From: Diplonema japonicum
Taxonomy: Eukaryota; Protista; Euglenozoa: Diplonemea
Reading direction: 5' to 3'
Length of the DNA: 64,000 bases
NCBI GenBank assembly: GCA_964019335.1
Contig: OZ025763.1
Coordinates: forward strand, 62,001-126,000
A program made the translations under genes and the position numbers. The notes under the pieces were generated by a model. That model ran no database searches. It was not told the DNA's origin and saw only the letters and a program-made list of their open reading frames with translations. This document shows, piece by piece, positions 31,460 through 43,473 of this stretch. Position 1 is the stretch's first letter. Each line of letters begins with the position of its first letter.

Positions 31460-33379
31460 ATGGTGCGCATAGGGTTATTGAAGACCGCGCGGGAGCCGGA
31501 ACCAGAATGCGACGAGACGATGCTTGACGAGGAGACAGACGACACCTTCACGCAGACCAGCGACAGTGAGCATGAGTGCGCCATGCCGCACATACAGGAT
31601 GTGAGGGCGATACCGTTCGTGGACAGCAGCCTTTTGGTGGAACCCACACCGGCTAAACCACTCCCCGAGCTGTTGATGGACGCAAGCTCCAGGTCTGACA
31701 CGCACACCCCTTGGAATATTGACATGCTGAAGACCTCGGCGCTCCAGCCGCCCACCCCATCCCTCGTGTTGCAACCCCCCGTCCTGCAAGCTAAGGAGGA
31801 GCCCATCGTTCTAAAGACTGTCACGCCTGAGCTGTCAACAGCGCTTAGCAAGTTGAAAACACACCCCAACAAGGCTTCTGTTCCAGAGCTTGCGTTCGGC
31901 TTGAGTTACAATGCAGCATGGCAGCCCAGGGGTGCCCTGACACAACCAAGTTGTGCTCAGGTGGCACCTTGTGGTCAAAGCACGCTGACACCCGTCGGGG
32001 GATTGACTACTGTAAATATCATGTCTATAAAGAGTACATTGCAGCCGCTGTCAGTGCTGGCTTCAAGAAGCCAACAAGCGGCGGATGGGCAGATCACCTT
32101 CAACTTGCTTTCCACACCACCACCATCTCTCCCTGTGCACCTTTTGAGCTCTGTTCTTGACGCTTTGTCGCAGGGGTTCGAATCCCCCGCCTGTCCCGTG
32201 GGGAACACCAGCAGCTACATCCACTACAACGGCACGGAGCACGCAGCCGCCACTGTTCAGCTTATCAAAGCCCTTTGGGGCAATGACGAGCGCGATGACG
32301 TGGAAGGCTTGCCGGGGACGTCGGGTCTGACGAGCTCCTACGAAGAGATGAACAGAAGAAGACGGCTTCACGAGTGGCTGAGAAAGACGTCCGCAGCGGT
32401 GCCCTGCAGTCTCCCGGAAAGTGTCGCTCTGTGCGTGAACGGGAGGAGGAGCCATGCTGCGAGTGCTGCGAGGAAATCAGGTAAATCTGGAGAGGCGGCT
32501 CTGCTGCTGAGTGCTTGCAACAGCACGCGTGTCCAAGCATTAGTAGGGAGGGCAGAGGGGAAGAGTGCGTTGATGGACTTGAGCGCACTGAACAGCACCA
32601 CGCCAGACGACTGCACCTGGAAGCAAGCCTTCCACCATGTGTTGCAGCTGTCCGACACAACAGCCAACCCACATGTTGAAGAGCTGGCAAAGAAGTCTCT
32701 TAAGGACAAGACCTGCCCTCCGCCGTACCACGAGGCGTTGAAGGGTTCGCAGGCGACGGACGCTGCTTTGCAAGAGGTACTTGCAAACGGCGCCACAAAG
32801 AGGGACATCTGTTGGCACATATTGCAGTTGTGGAGCGGGAACAGCGAAGGTGACTTCACCGCAGCCTTGTTTGACCCTCTGACGTGGAAGCACAGCTACA
32901 CGGACTACTCCCTGAACTGGATGGTGTGTCTGTTGCTGTCGGTGTCTCCAAGCATCAACGTCAGCCTTCCGACGGAAAGGGTGAACGACCTCACCATTGC
33001 TTATGCAGACCAGCTGCTGAGGGAACAACAGTGGCGATGGGGTCTGTTTGTGTTATTCACGTTGCCAGACCACCAAACGAGGAAGGCACGTGTAGTGGGG
33101 GCACTTGCAAACGTGCTCGTAAGGCACGAAAGAGAAACCCCGTTCGCACAGGGTTTGTCCTTGGGCCTTGCTTCGAACCCTTCGATAGGGGTGCCCCCCG
33201 AGTGGCTTGCCGAAGCCAAGAATCTAGTCACCCCGGTGCCACAGCAGCCTGTGAGACGGAATCCCTCACCCATGCCTCTTGCTAATGAATACAAACTGGT
33301 ATGTTACGCCAACAAGAGACACGCTCACATATCACCACAGGAAGCCGAGACGAACAAGCTCCTCGACGGTCTGTTCTAG
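31460..33379 (+). CDS. Nup96-like nucleoporin (stand-alone)
   Basis: RRRRLHEWL, TWKQAF, DICWHILQL, DYSLNW and LTIAYADQL...QWRWGLFVL match the Nup96 helical domain pattern. Confidence 0.65.
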   Translation: MVRIGLLKTAREPEPECDETMLDEETDDTFTQTSDSEHECAMPHIQDVRAIPFVDSSLLVEPTPAKPLPELLMDASSRSDTHTPWNIDMLKTSALQPPTPSLVLQPPVLQAKEEPIVLKTVTPELSTALSKLKTHPNKASVPELAFGLSYNAAWQPRGALTQPSCAQVAPCGQSTLTPVGGLTTVNIMSIKSTLQPLSVLASRSQQAADGQITFNLLSTPPPSLPVHLLSSVLDALSQGFESPACPVGNTSSYIHYNGTEHAAATVQLIKALWGNDERDDVEGLPGTSGLTSSYEEMNRRRRLHEWLRKTSAAVPCSLPESVALCVNGRRSHAASAARKSGKSGEAALLLSACNSTRVQALVGRAEGKSALMDLSALNSTTPDDCTWKQAFHHVLQLSDTTANPHVEELAKKSLKDKTCPPPYHEALKGSQATDAALQEVLANGATKRDICWHILQLWSGNSEGDFTAALFDPLTWKHSYTDYSLNWMVCLLLSVSPSINVSLPTERVNDLTIAYADQLLREQQWRWGLFVLFTLPDHQTRKARVVGALANVLVRHERETPFAQGLSLGLASNPSIGVPPEWLAEAKNLVTPVPQQPVRRNPSPMPLANEYKLVCYANKRHAHISPQEAETNKLLDGLF

Positions 33380-33525
33380 GCAAGCAGTCTCTTTGTACTG
33401 CTTTTCTTGGTTTCTCAAAAAGTGTTTATTTTCAAACAAAAGGTTTTTTTTTTCTTTTTCTTTTTTCTTTTTTGTATTTAACAAGTACTGCTCAGTTTCT
33501 TGTCAGAGCAAAAAAAAAAAAAAAA

Positions 33526-33600
33526 AAGAGTAGTGGTAACATGCAGTATTTATCCCAGGATTATACCGCGTGCACAAACAAGTACTAAAAACCGACTCTT
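33526..33600 (+). repeat. ~80-bp dispersed element AAGAGTAG...TGCACAAACAA...CCGACTCTT
   Basis: Homologous copies at 40911-40990 and 57424-57499; partial copies at 48931-48990 and 98-170. Confidence 0.75.
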
Positions 33601-33976
33601 GTTTATTTTTTTCTTATTTTATTTTTACTCTTTTCTCCGTACATTTTTTTTTTATCAAATCCCCGCCAGTGTGCCACCCTTAGATATTCCTTGGTTGTTT
33701 CTTACCTGCTTTTTTCAGAACCCGCTCAGTTTTTATGAAAACAAAGAAATGAGTTTGACGACAACAGCACACGATAAAGAGAGAAGGCTATCAGTTCCAG
33801 CAGACAGGGAACGATCATCTTTGTTACCATGCAGCAGGTAGCGAAGGATAAGGGGGTAGAACCTGCATGCTCACCACCGCTGCACTGCTACTTACGTGCA
33901 GAACTGCGGGGTGGGGTGGAGGCGGGGTGAAGATTCTCATTATCTTTCAATTCTCCCAATCAATTCATGCACAGCA

Positions 33977-36314
33977 ATGGGGGGGTGTGAAGAGCTCGTG
34001 TCATGCGGCATGTGCGTCTGGGACGCATCGGTGGTGGAGGCGGGGCACATCCAAGACTACGCTTGCCAGTGGTGCCTGGCAACCGCAAAGTGCGTGTCCA
34101 ATGGGACACAGAGCTGTTCGTCTGCGACAGACACGGTGACAGGTGACGCTCACAGGTCGCAGTGCCCAGACCTGCAATGCCACCTGGCCCCCATCTCTTT
34201 CAACGTTTACGTGTGTGAGGGTGTTGTCATCACATCGTTCTGGGTGAACCTATTCCTGCTGATCTGTTGCCTCCTCTTCATGCTGTGGTACAAGTCCATT
34301 GGGCAGCAACCGTGGAAGTTTCAGGGGCTTGAAAACCTCGCTGCAATGCGGTGGCACCATCAGCTCCCTAGCGAAACAGAAATGGACGCCATGCAGGCAT
34401 CACATGCGAGCGATGACATACCTGTGCGCGCAACCGGGCCCCTCCGGCCCCGTAGGAAAGAAAAAACCTGTTTCGCCTGCACAGCCGAGGAGGAGTGCGA
34501 GTGGTGCGCCACAGCACGCGTGGCCTTCCTCCCCATTCTCATCAGCTCGGTGACATGTGTCAGCAACATCCTGGCTATTATTTTGTTCTCCCTTCGCCGC
34601 CATTTCTTTGAGCCCTATTCTCTGGTTACCGTTTCCCTTGCCCTCTTCACGCTGCTGGCTCTGACATATCACATATCCAAGCTGCGCGGCCCTTCGTGGG
34701 ACCCTTACTATCTCAGGTTTGCCGTCATCTTGAAGGGGAGGAGCATCGCGTCTGTGTTCCCCACATACAAGGTGGGCCACCGGACAAAACACCTTCAAGG
34801 CCACGTAGAGACGAAGGGGTCCATTGGCAGCTTGAACCAATTCCCCAGTTTCTTCGGCGAGTTGTACAACCGTGCCATTGCTGGGCTGTCCGACCAGGCG
34901 TCCCCAACAGCAGACTCGCCGACGCCAGCTGTGGATGTGGATGTGGAGAAAACTGAAAGAAGCCAGCCTTCCCCTCTTGAATTTGTGCCGTGTGTAGAAA
35001 CACTGGAAGCGGGTGAAGACGAAGCTGAGGATGAAGACGTGGGCAGCGCTGCAGACGACGATCCTGCCGAACAAGAAACACCGCTGATCAGAGTCAGCGA
35101 CCCAGTATGACCACAAAACACACACACACACATACAAAACAGGTGCCAATGTTGGTGGAAGGCAGGTACGACCCGCTGGTCACAACGGTACGCGCTTTGG
35201 AGCCGAAACTGAAACAAAAGCTTCGGAGCGTCCTGGAAGAAGGCGACTATTCCGAAGACGAAGTATGCAGTTTCTTTTTTTCTGTTATCACTCCACACGC
35301 AGGCTGTTGTGTGGTGCTGCAAGCCTTCAGTGGGACGCCTTCTGCTCCACGACGTGCTGTTCTTTCAGGTCATGGGCACGGTGGCTGTGGGCAGCTCGCT
35401 GTTCTTCTCAATCGCTGCCGACACCGATTTGCCTCTCACAAAGATAGTGGGTAGCGCGAACCTGTACATCATAGGGACCATCGTGTTGGTGTCAGCGTGT
35501 GTGTTGGTAGCACTGTTTGCCGTGTCCTGCTCACGTGTTTACGTGCTGACAACACACAACATTCTGACCTTGTATAACGGGTTTTGGGGCGTCACCCCTA
35601 CGATGCAGAATCTCTGCGATGTGAAGTGCGGAATGGTGTGCACGTACCACGAGTGTGGGTTCAGGCAGGTCGTGTTCTCATGGAGGCAGCCTGCCGGGGG
35701 CGATAGAAGGATGATGGCTCCTGCCTCTGCCCAGTTTTCCTGCATCGAAAGGCCGGAAGAACTGGTCAGAAAATTCACCAGATTTTGCCCTCCCATAGAC
35801 GACGAAGCGTGGAGCGGGATGCGAGCCGCCCTGTTGCCGGAGTGGCGCATGTACATGTCCCTTTTCTACGGGCTGCTGTTGCTGTCGATCACCTCTTTCC
35901 ACTACAAGACAGTTCCTACTAACATACTCATTTTGGGGACAGCGTGCTGCTTCTCAGCGTGCATTGGGGTCTTCATGCGGGGCATGCGGTACCACAACGC
36001 CACTTATGTGCCTGTTGCGACACGCAGGAGGGACGGGTTCAGAAAGGTCCAATGGATCACGAAGGTATTTTCTTTTTTTTTATATGAAATCGTTCATCTC
36101 ACTATCACAGCGAGTAACGCAAGAAGCGAACGGTAACAGGCCCCAAACAGAGGACGTGTTGGAAGCGATCGCCACAAGAAGGTGTGTGTTTTTTTCTTTC
36201 TTTTTTTTTCTTTTCCCTCTTTTTTTTCTCTTACAACACCACAAATTACTGCACAGGTTCGAGGCGTTGCAAGACCGTGTCGCTTCGCCGGGACCTGCAT
36301 CGCTTGGGCATTAA
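33977..36314 (+). CDS. Cys-rich (PSI-like) multi-pass membrane protein; exons 33977-35104, 35143-35262, 35303-36064, 36111-36181, 36257-36314; start uncertain
   Basis: CEELVSCGMCVW...CQWC....KC resembles a PSI domain, followed by several TM segments. Four GT-AG introns (38, 40, 46, 75 nt) join successive ORFs in frame. Confidence 0.7.
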
Positions 36315-36414
36315 GAATTCTTTTTTTTTTTTTCATTTCTTTTAAAAAGATGATAAACCATACAACAAGCACAGTGTTCATTTCTCAATTCATAAAAAAA
36401 AAAAAAGAAAATAA

Positions 36415-38235
36415 ATGGAGCTCGTCTCACCGGAGAAGCTAAGCAAGGCCTACGAGGTATCGAAGACGGCACTGACATGGGCCTTCAACTACCCCAGAAC
36501 ATCCGCTACCGCTGTCTTCCTCGCGGTGCGCATTCTGAAAAAACTCTTAAGCCGCCTGCCCAACAACGTGTTCCTTGAGATCAGCCTCGACAGGGTGGAG
36601 TTCACCGAAATGCACACCGACCCAATGCTGAAGGTGCTGTATAAGAATAAAATGTGTTTCATTTCGTTGTTGAACGTGTTGGAGGCTGCCGGGCAGGACT
36701 CAAGGGTGAAGGGGATCCTTGTCCTGACAGGATCGGGGAGGTACTGCACGGGACTGGCCCAGGTTGAGGAGCTCAGGAACGCCTTGAAGCACTACAACAA
36801 GACAACAGGGAAACCTGTTGTGTGCTACGCCCCAACATTCGGGGAAGCCACCGTCGGGCTTGTGGACTACTGGATGGCAACAGCATGCACACACATCGTG
36901 ATGCCCAACTGCGGAGGTGTGAATATCACCTCAGCCTGTGCTTCCGCAACATTCTTAAAAGGGCTTCTCCAGAAGCTGGGCCTATCGGCAAACCTGACAC
37001 AACGAAGCGAGTTCAAGAACGCAGGGAATATGTTCACCGAAGACAAGATGACGGAAGCTCACAAGGAGCAATCGTTGCGATTGCTCAAGCAAGTCACAGA
37101 GATGCTTGGGGAAGGCATGAGGGACAAGAACCTCGACCCTTCAATTCTCGAAAAGGGTCCCTTCACCAGCGGGGGCGCCGTGTCCCATGGCCTCATCGAC
37201 AGGATCATGTACTATGACGACGTGATGGCAGAGCTGATCCCCGAGCTCACGGGCCTCAAGGCGGGGCAGCTCAACTTCAGAAACATCGCATCATACTCGC
37301 CTTTCGCACCGAAACAGTACCAAAAAGGATTTAGACAAACCACGGTGGCTGTCCTCACAGCACAGGGAGGCATCCATCAAGGGAAGTCCGAAACACTCTA
37401 CCAAGGCGGGCCCAGCATCGGTTCGAACACACTGTGCGCTCAGCTGAGGTCCATTAGAGAGGATACCTCTATCAAGGGCCTCGTCCTCAGGATCGACTCG
37501 AGGGGCGGCAGCTACGTGGCGTCGGACCTCATCCACCACGAGCTCAAGAAGCTTCGTGCAAAGGGCATCCCGATAATAGTGAGCATGGGCAATGTGGCGG
37601 CGTCAGGCGGGTACTACCTGGGGATGATGGGGCAGAAGGTGTTCGCCAGCAAGGCGTCGCTGACGGGGAGCATCGGCGTCGTCAACGGCAAAGTCGTGTT
37701 CAGAGAAATGTTGGAAAAGATGGGGGTGACGGTGGACAGCATCAAAGGGGGGAAGAACAGCTACTACTTCAGCACGGTGCACGACTTCGACGAAGAAGAC
37801 AAAAAGGTGTTTGAGGCACAAACAGATTACATCTACAACGACTTCAAGAACAACGTAGGGAAGGCGATCAACATGTCAGACGAAGAGGTCGAGAGCGTAG
37901 CCAAGGGGCAGGTGTTCTTCGGGGATGAGGCACTTGAGAAACGATTGGTGACAGACATCGGTGGGTACAGAGACGCCCTTGACGCCATGGCGGCGGAGCT
38001 TGGGCTGGCTTCAAGGCACAAGATGTATTTGACACCCTTCCCTGCCAATATTGGTGTTGGCATGCTGCTGAAGAAGGCCGTGAACCGCGAGGACATCGAC
38101 AGGTCGCCGCTGAGCATGGTGACCCTCCATGCCTGCCTCCTTTCCCTCATCCCAGGGACCTCGTTCTTCTCCTCCTTCGTCAAGAACACCGTCGAGCCAG
38201 AGCTCGTCGCGCACAATGTGCCCTCCTTCTTGTGA
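36415..38235 (+). CDS. sppA: Signal peptide peptidase SppA, long (67K) type, peptidase S49
   Basis: GLAQVEELR, FKNAG (catalytic Lys), LRIDSRGGS, VSMGNVAASGGY (catalytic Ser), TGSIGV, VAKGQVF. Confidence 0.92.
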   Translation: MELVSPEKLSKAYEVSKTALTWAFNYPRTSATAVFLAVRILKKLLSRLPNNVFLEISLDRVEFTEMHTDPMLKVLYKNKMCFISLLNVLEAAGQDSRVKGILVLTGSGRYCTGLAQVEELRNALKHYNKTTGKPVVCYAPTFGEATVGLVDYWMATACTHIVMPNCGGVNITSACASATFLKGLLQKLGLSANLTQRSEFKNAGNMFTEDKMTEAHKEQSLRLLKQVTEMLGEGMRDKNLDPSILEKGPFTSGGAVSHGLIDRIMYYDDVMAELIPELTGLKAGQLNFRNIASYSPFAPKQYQKGFRQTTVAVLTAQGGIHQGKSETLYQGGPSIGSNTLCAQLRSIREDTSIKGLVLRIDSRGGSYVASDLIHHELKKLRAKGIPIIVSMGNVAASGGYYLGMMGQKVFASKASLTGSIGVVNGKVVFREMLEKMGVTVDSIKGGKNSYYFSTVHDFDEEDKKVFEAQTDYIYNDFKNNVGKAINMSDEEVESVAKGQVFFGDEALEKRLVTDIGGYRDALDAMAAELGLASRHKMYLTPFPANIGVGMLLKKAVNREDIDRSPLSMVTLHACLLSLIPGTSFFSSFVKNTVEPELVAHNVPSFL

Positions 38236-38343
38236 GGCGTGTGGCGTGATGGTGATGCGTTCCGCGGATTCAATCTTTGCAACACCTAGCTACTTGTCAT
38301 CTATCTTTTTTTATATAAAGAATTCTGTTTTTCTTTTCTTTAG

Positions 38344-40790
38344 GTGCTGAACAGTAGGCCGGCGAGAGGAACCCCGGGTGTGGACGGCTGGAGGATCGCG
38401 GAGCTGAAGGCTATACCTGACGCGCTGCTGGAGAGGTGGGCGCAGCTCTTCAACATCATCGAGGAGACCGGCGAATGGCCGGAGGCGCTACTGACGGCAC
38501 TCGTCTCCCTGATACCCAAGGGTGAGGACAGATCCCCGCTGAACCATCGGCCGATCACGGTCACCAGCGCTGTGTACAGGCTGTGGGCGACGACGAGGAT
38601 GAGGCGCATCTTGGTCTGGCAGGAGTCGTGGGCGCACACGTCACAGCACGGTTTCAGGTCGAGGAGAGGGACGGACACGCTGCTGCTGGAGCTGACGACG
38701 CAACTCGAGGAAGCCCTGCTGTCGGGCACACCGATGCACGGTCTCGCACTGGACTTTGTCAAGTGCTTCGACCGCATCCCGCGGGAGGTGGCACTTGGAC
38801 TGATGGGGGACCTGGGGCTACATCAGAACATACTGCGGCCGCTGACGACGATGTACGAGTCCCTCAGGCGGAGGTTCAAGTACCCGACAGGGGTGGGTGA
38901 CGAGTTCGCCACATCGAACGGCATCTTGCAGGGGTGCCCGATCTCGGTGGTGATGGTGAACGCGCTGGTGGGGGTGATGGTGAGGGCGATCATGGCGGAG
39001 GTGCCCGGGGCAGATTCCCTGTCGTACGCAGATGACGTGTACCTGATTGCAGCTCTGCTCAGCGCACTGGAGAAGGCGGCAGCGGGGGTAGGCGAATTCT
39101 CTCTGCTAACGGGGATGAGTCTCAACCTGAAGAAGACGGACATGTTCTCAGAAGGGTCCGGGTCGGTGAAGTGTGGGCGGGAAGTGCTTGCAGCCAAGAC
39201 GGAGATCAGCGCCCTGGGCATCAAGGTTTGCATGGACGGCGAATGGAGCGGGCGTGCGGAAGGCTGGCTGCCATGCCGTTGGGATTCTCACAGAAGGCAA
39301 GGATCATCTCCAGCTCCATCCTCCCCTCTTGCCTCTACGGTGTTGCGTATGCCCCCCCCTCGAAAGTGGATGCAGGCACAATCCGGTCGAGAGTAGCGAC
39401 ATGCCTCTGGGGACCGAAGTTCAAGATGCGCTCACCGTGTGCTGTAGCGAACATCTTGCTGCCGGGGCACACGACGGACCCGCTGGTGGTGACGCTTTAT
39501 CGACTGTTGTGCACGGTGGTGAAGGTTGGTAGGTCGGATGCAGAGCTGTGGGACCGGATGGGAAGGTGTGCCGCCCTGTACCTGCAGAGCGACGTGGAGG
39601 CCCAGGGACCAGTGGGAACCCTAGTGAGACGATGGCTGCCGGCGATCGGGAAGAGCTGGAGTTTTGTGGAAGGGCTGCGTACCACGACCGAGCGGGAACG
39701 CAAACACGAGATCCGCCGAGTGGCACGGGCCATGACAGCAGCGGAACAAGCAGAAGGGAGGACCTCCTACAGCGGCATGCCAGAGGGGGCCGACCCGGTC
39801 ACGAACGGGTGGTGGAGGGCGCTCGCGAACAACCCGATGGCGGCGTACAGGTTGAGGAGGCTGATTGCTGGGGCGGTGTTTGCGGTGTACCCTGCGGTGC
39901 GGGGAGTGGCGGAGGGGCCGGACAACCCGCTGCAGCACCTCTGTGACGTGTGTGGGGAGCGTTACGGCAGCTACACCGAGGTGCTGGAGCACGCCCTCTG
40001 GCGATGCGAACTCGGAGATGCGGTGCGGGGCAAGGCAGAGTATGCGAGACTCGACCCGGCGACCATGCCGAACGCGACGGCGCTCCACGGGATAGTGCCC
40101 AGGGGATGCCAAGACAAGCCGAGGGCCCTGTTGGTGCAAAGGTACCTGCTGGAGGTGGTCACACTGAGGGATACGGCGGTGGAAGCGAACCGCGCATTGC
40201 AGACGCAGACATACCCGTGGCGGGTGGTCGTGACGGGAAGGGCACACCCGACGCCGACGGTGGCCGAATTACGTGGGCTGGGAGCATCGGGGAAGGTGAT
40301 GGACAGGCTGCTGGGGCCGGTGCTGAGGTGGCTGAGTGGCTTGCTGTGGGATGACGCCCCTGGACGGCACACGACGGTTACGACGCTGGAGCTTGCCCTC
40401 GACTTCGAGCGGGAGACGGAGCTGCCGCTAGACGACGGCGGGGAAGTGGGCAAGGTGGAGGACCTGGGCGTCAAGGCAAGGAGGCTGAGGTATGTGCTGA
40501 GACGTGTCCAGGACCTGTACCACGCTGATGGCAGAAGGACGGCGTTCCCAGCAGCGCGAGTGGATCGCGTCAACTCCCTGCGCTGTATAGGAGGACCGAC
40601 CACACACGGGTATGACAGGAGGCCAGTACTCCCGGAGCGAACCATGAGCAGCATCGAAGGCTTGCGTGACACGTACCTGTTGCAGACCCCGACAAGGCTG
40701 CCCCGCAGTTTTACCACCGCAGTAGGAACCCGCCAGAGCCCCCAGAACGGGGACAACGGGGACTAAGAACAGCGCGGCCGGTGAGCGCAA
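38344..40790 (+). mobile_element. 5'-truncated non-LTR retrotransposon ORF2: reverse transcriptase + C-terminal CCHC region; frameshift near 39245
   Basis: PGVDG, LIPK, RPITV, QHGFR, LDFVKCFD, GILQGCPIS, SYADD. A second frame (to 40766) carries CDVC...HALWRC. Composition is G-rich. Confidence 0.92.
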
Positions 40791-40816
40791 AAACGCATAC
40801 CTTAAAAGAATAGGTT

Positions 40817-40860
<44 letters not shown>

Positions 40861-40910
40861 ATGAACGAGAAAAACAAATATTATGCATACAATGAATTGT
40901 TAGTGCTAAA

Positions 40911-40990
40911 AAGAGTAGTGGTGGCATTGTTGGGCTTATCCTTCTACAGGTTAACCCCGGCGGTGCACAAACAAGAATCGACCGACTCTT
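40911..40990 (+). repeat. ~80-bp dispersed element copy
   Basis: aagagtagtgg...cttctacaggttaacccc...gtgcacaaacaag...ccgactctt. Confidence 0.75.
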
Positions 40991-41498
40991 TTTTTTTTCC
41001 GTTGAAAACGCTGTCTTTTTTGAGCAGTGTTTTAAGTATGAGAGTGAACGAGGGGGGGGTACAAAAGGGTGTTGCAAAAAGAAAATAGCCGCTTTCTTTT
41101 TGCAAGTTTTTCCCAGGCCTTTTTACAGTACTGTGTGAATGCGAAAACGCGAAAAAGAAATTTGATGCGAAAAAACATTTCGCATCACTACTATGCCTTG
41201 GGGGGTGGGAGGGTGGAGATCGCAAACATGCCAGGGGGAAAACCTTGTCACATTACCGCAGGGTTCCCCTTCTTTTTATTTTCTCGATTTAATTTCTTTT
41301 TTTTTTGTCCCCCCACGTTCTTTGCGGATGTATACTACACAATAACAGCCATCCTTCTCCTTTTTTTTGGGGGGGTTTTTTTTTTTTTAAAGTCAGCCCG
41401 GCTTCGCCAACTCGTTTCTTTCTCTTTTTTCTTTTTCTTGAACCCTAAACCACTCCCCAGTTTCTTTTAAAAAAAACATATAACACCCCACAGGCACG

Positions 41499-42979
41499 AT
41501 GGGGGGCACGGGCATGGTGTATGACGTGCGAAGCAATGCACACCGCAGCCTTTCTGAAGAGCACGTCGAGACACCTCTGCGTACAAAGTTCATAGCCGCG
41601 CAGCTGGAGGACACAGGCGTGGCACAGATGTGCAAGAAGGTGCCCGCCAGGCCGGCCGCCGACGACGAGCTGCTATTGGTGCACACGGAGCAATACCTGA
41701 AGATCATTAAAGAGACACAAAGCGGGAAACAACTAAGCAAGCTAGTCCACGACATCGACATGTTCAGCTGCAAGGAGAGCGAGACCGCAGCACGGGTATC
41801 ATGTGGAGGCCTCATCGAACTCACGAAAAAGGTTGCCGACGGTGAGCTGCACAACGGGTTCGCGGTGATCCGACCACCGGGACACCATTCCAACCCTGCC
41901 GTGCCCAGCGGGTTCTGCCTTTACAGCAACGTGGCCATCGCAGCACGAGCGGCTCAACGCGACTGCGGGATGAAGAAGATCTTAATCTTCGACTGGGACG
42001 TGCACCATGGCAACGGAACAGAATGGGTATTCTACGACGACCCGTCCGTTCTTGTTATTTCTGTTCACGGGCATGGTATGGGTAAGAGTCACGGTGTTCG
42101 ATCGGCTTTAAAACGCGAGCTCGGCGAAATGGAAGCCCACGAGAGGGAACAGGCCTGCAAACGACAGTGCGTTGCAAAAAGCATGTCGCCCGCCAACAGC
42201 GATGACGAGGAAGCGTGCGACTGGTTCGCCTCCCTCGGGCTGTACGAGGACCCAAACAGCAACAACAGCACCGATGCTGGCAGCACGGAAACCAACGCTT
42301 CCACGCCTGAACAACCCACAGGCGTCTGCAACGAGGTCTCCAGCAACACATTCTACCCCGGCACCGGCTTCTCAGAAAGAATCGGCATCGGGAAGGGTCT
42401 TGGCTACAACGTTAACATCCCATGGCCGTGCGATGGGTTCGGGGATGTCGAGTACAAACGGGTGGTCGATGACATTGTCATGCCCATGGGGAAGGAGTTC
42501 AAGCCCGACCTCGTCATCATCTCCGCAGGGTTCGACGCAGCCCTGGGGGACAAGCTTGGCGGCATGCGGGTCACGCCTTCCGGATTTGCTCAAATGACAG
42601 AGACCCTTGCAGGGCTGGCTGGCGGGAAGGTATTTTGTGTTTTTTGTTTTGTTTTTGTGTACTATTACTTACAGATTGTTGCCGCGCTTGAGGGTGGCTA
42701 CACAACGGAGGTGATAGCTTGTTGTGCGGAGGTATGTGGAAGTTAGCTTTTTTATGGTTAAAAGACAATTTCACCTTCCCACAGAGCGTCGTGAGGTCGC
42801 TACTCCGGCTGAGCGGTGAGAGGAACCCGGATGCGGGATCGCTATGCTTGCGGGATCAGGTATAGTCGTCAGGGGAGAAAAAAAGAAAAAAACGAGAAAA
42901 AAAACAGTGCACTGAGACTCTCAACACAGTGGTGGGACACCACAAGAAGTACTGGAAATGCCTCAATAACAAGGGCTAG
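41499..42979 (+). CDS. Class II histone deacetylase; exons 41499-42629, 42675-42731, 42785-42859, 42908-42979
   Basis: RPPGHH, GFC, DWDVHHGNGT, FYPGTG, SAGFDA, LEGGY. Three introns (45, 53, 48 nt) give the typical ending HKKYWKCL. Confidence 0.92.
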
Positions 42980-43149
42980 AAAAATCGTTCGCCCCGGGGT
43001 TTTAAAGGGGGGAAAGGAAAAGACCTCCCTCCTCCCCCCCCCCATGAAGTGAAAAAAAAAAGAGTTACGTTTGCTTGACATAATCCACGACGAGCGGAAA
43101 AAGACAAAAAAAAAAAAGAAAATAAAAAACGGTTGGTCAGTTATCAACA

Positions 43150-43380
43150 AACTGCCATTTCATGCCTGTGAGCTACATGTTCCAGTCTCTTAACAGCCTG
43201 CAGGTGGATCTCAATGAATGGACCGTTCGGGAGGTCGTAGGTGGTGTGGGTAGGAATGTGTCGCAGCGCTACCGCACAGAGTGAACTGCTAGCCGTCAGC
43301 AGCAAGGTGAGAGTGAGGCTGGGGAATCCTCGTGCTTCCACATTCTGCACGTCAACGTCCGCAGCTTGAGGAAATGGGAT
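43150..43380 (+). mobile_element. Possible relic of a LINE 5' region (start of an AP-endonuclease domain)
   Basis: GC-richer island ending in CFHILHVNVRSLRK, which resembles the conserved N-terminal strand of APE domains. Very short. Confidence 0.3.
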
Positions 43381-43473
43381 CTTTCGACCTACCTATTAGA
43401 TTAAAATAAATTATTTTCTCTTCACTTTTTTTCTACAACCTTAAGCAACACCTTAACCTCCACAGGCCGCGTG

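Noticed and set aside
33749-33901. Upstream exon for the PSI-like membrane gene
   Set aside because: The obvious GT (33838) to AG (33901) splice gives the wrong frame, so the start was left at 33977.
36415-38235. SppA as evidence of recent HGT or a cryptic plastid
   Set aside because: S49 peptidases occur in diverse non-photosynthetic eukaryotes, and nothing here distinguishes this one.
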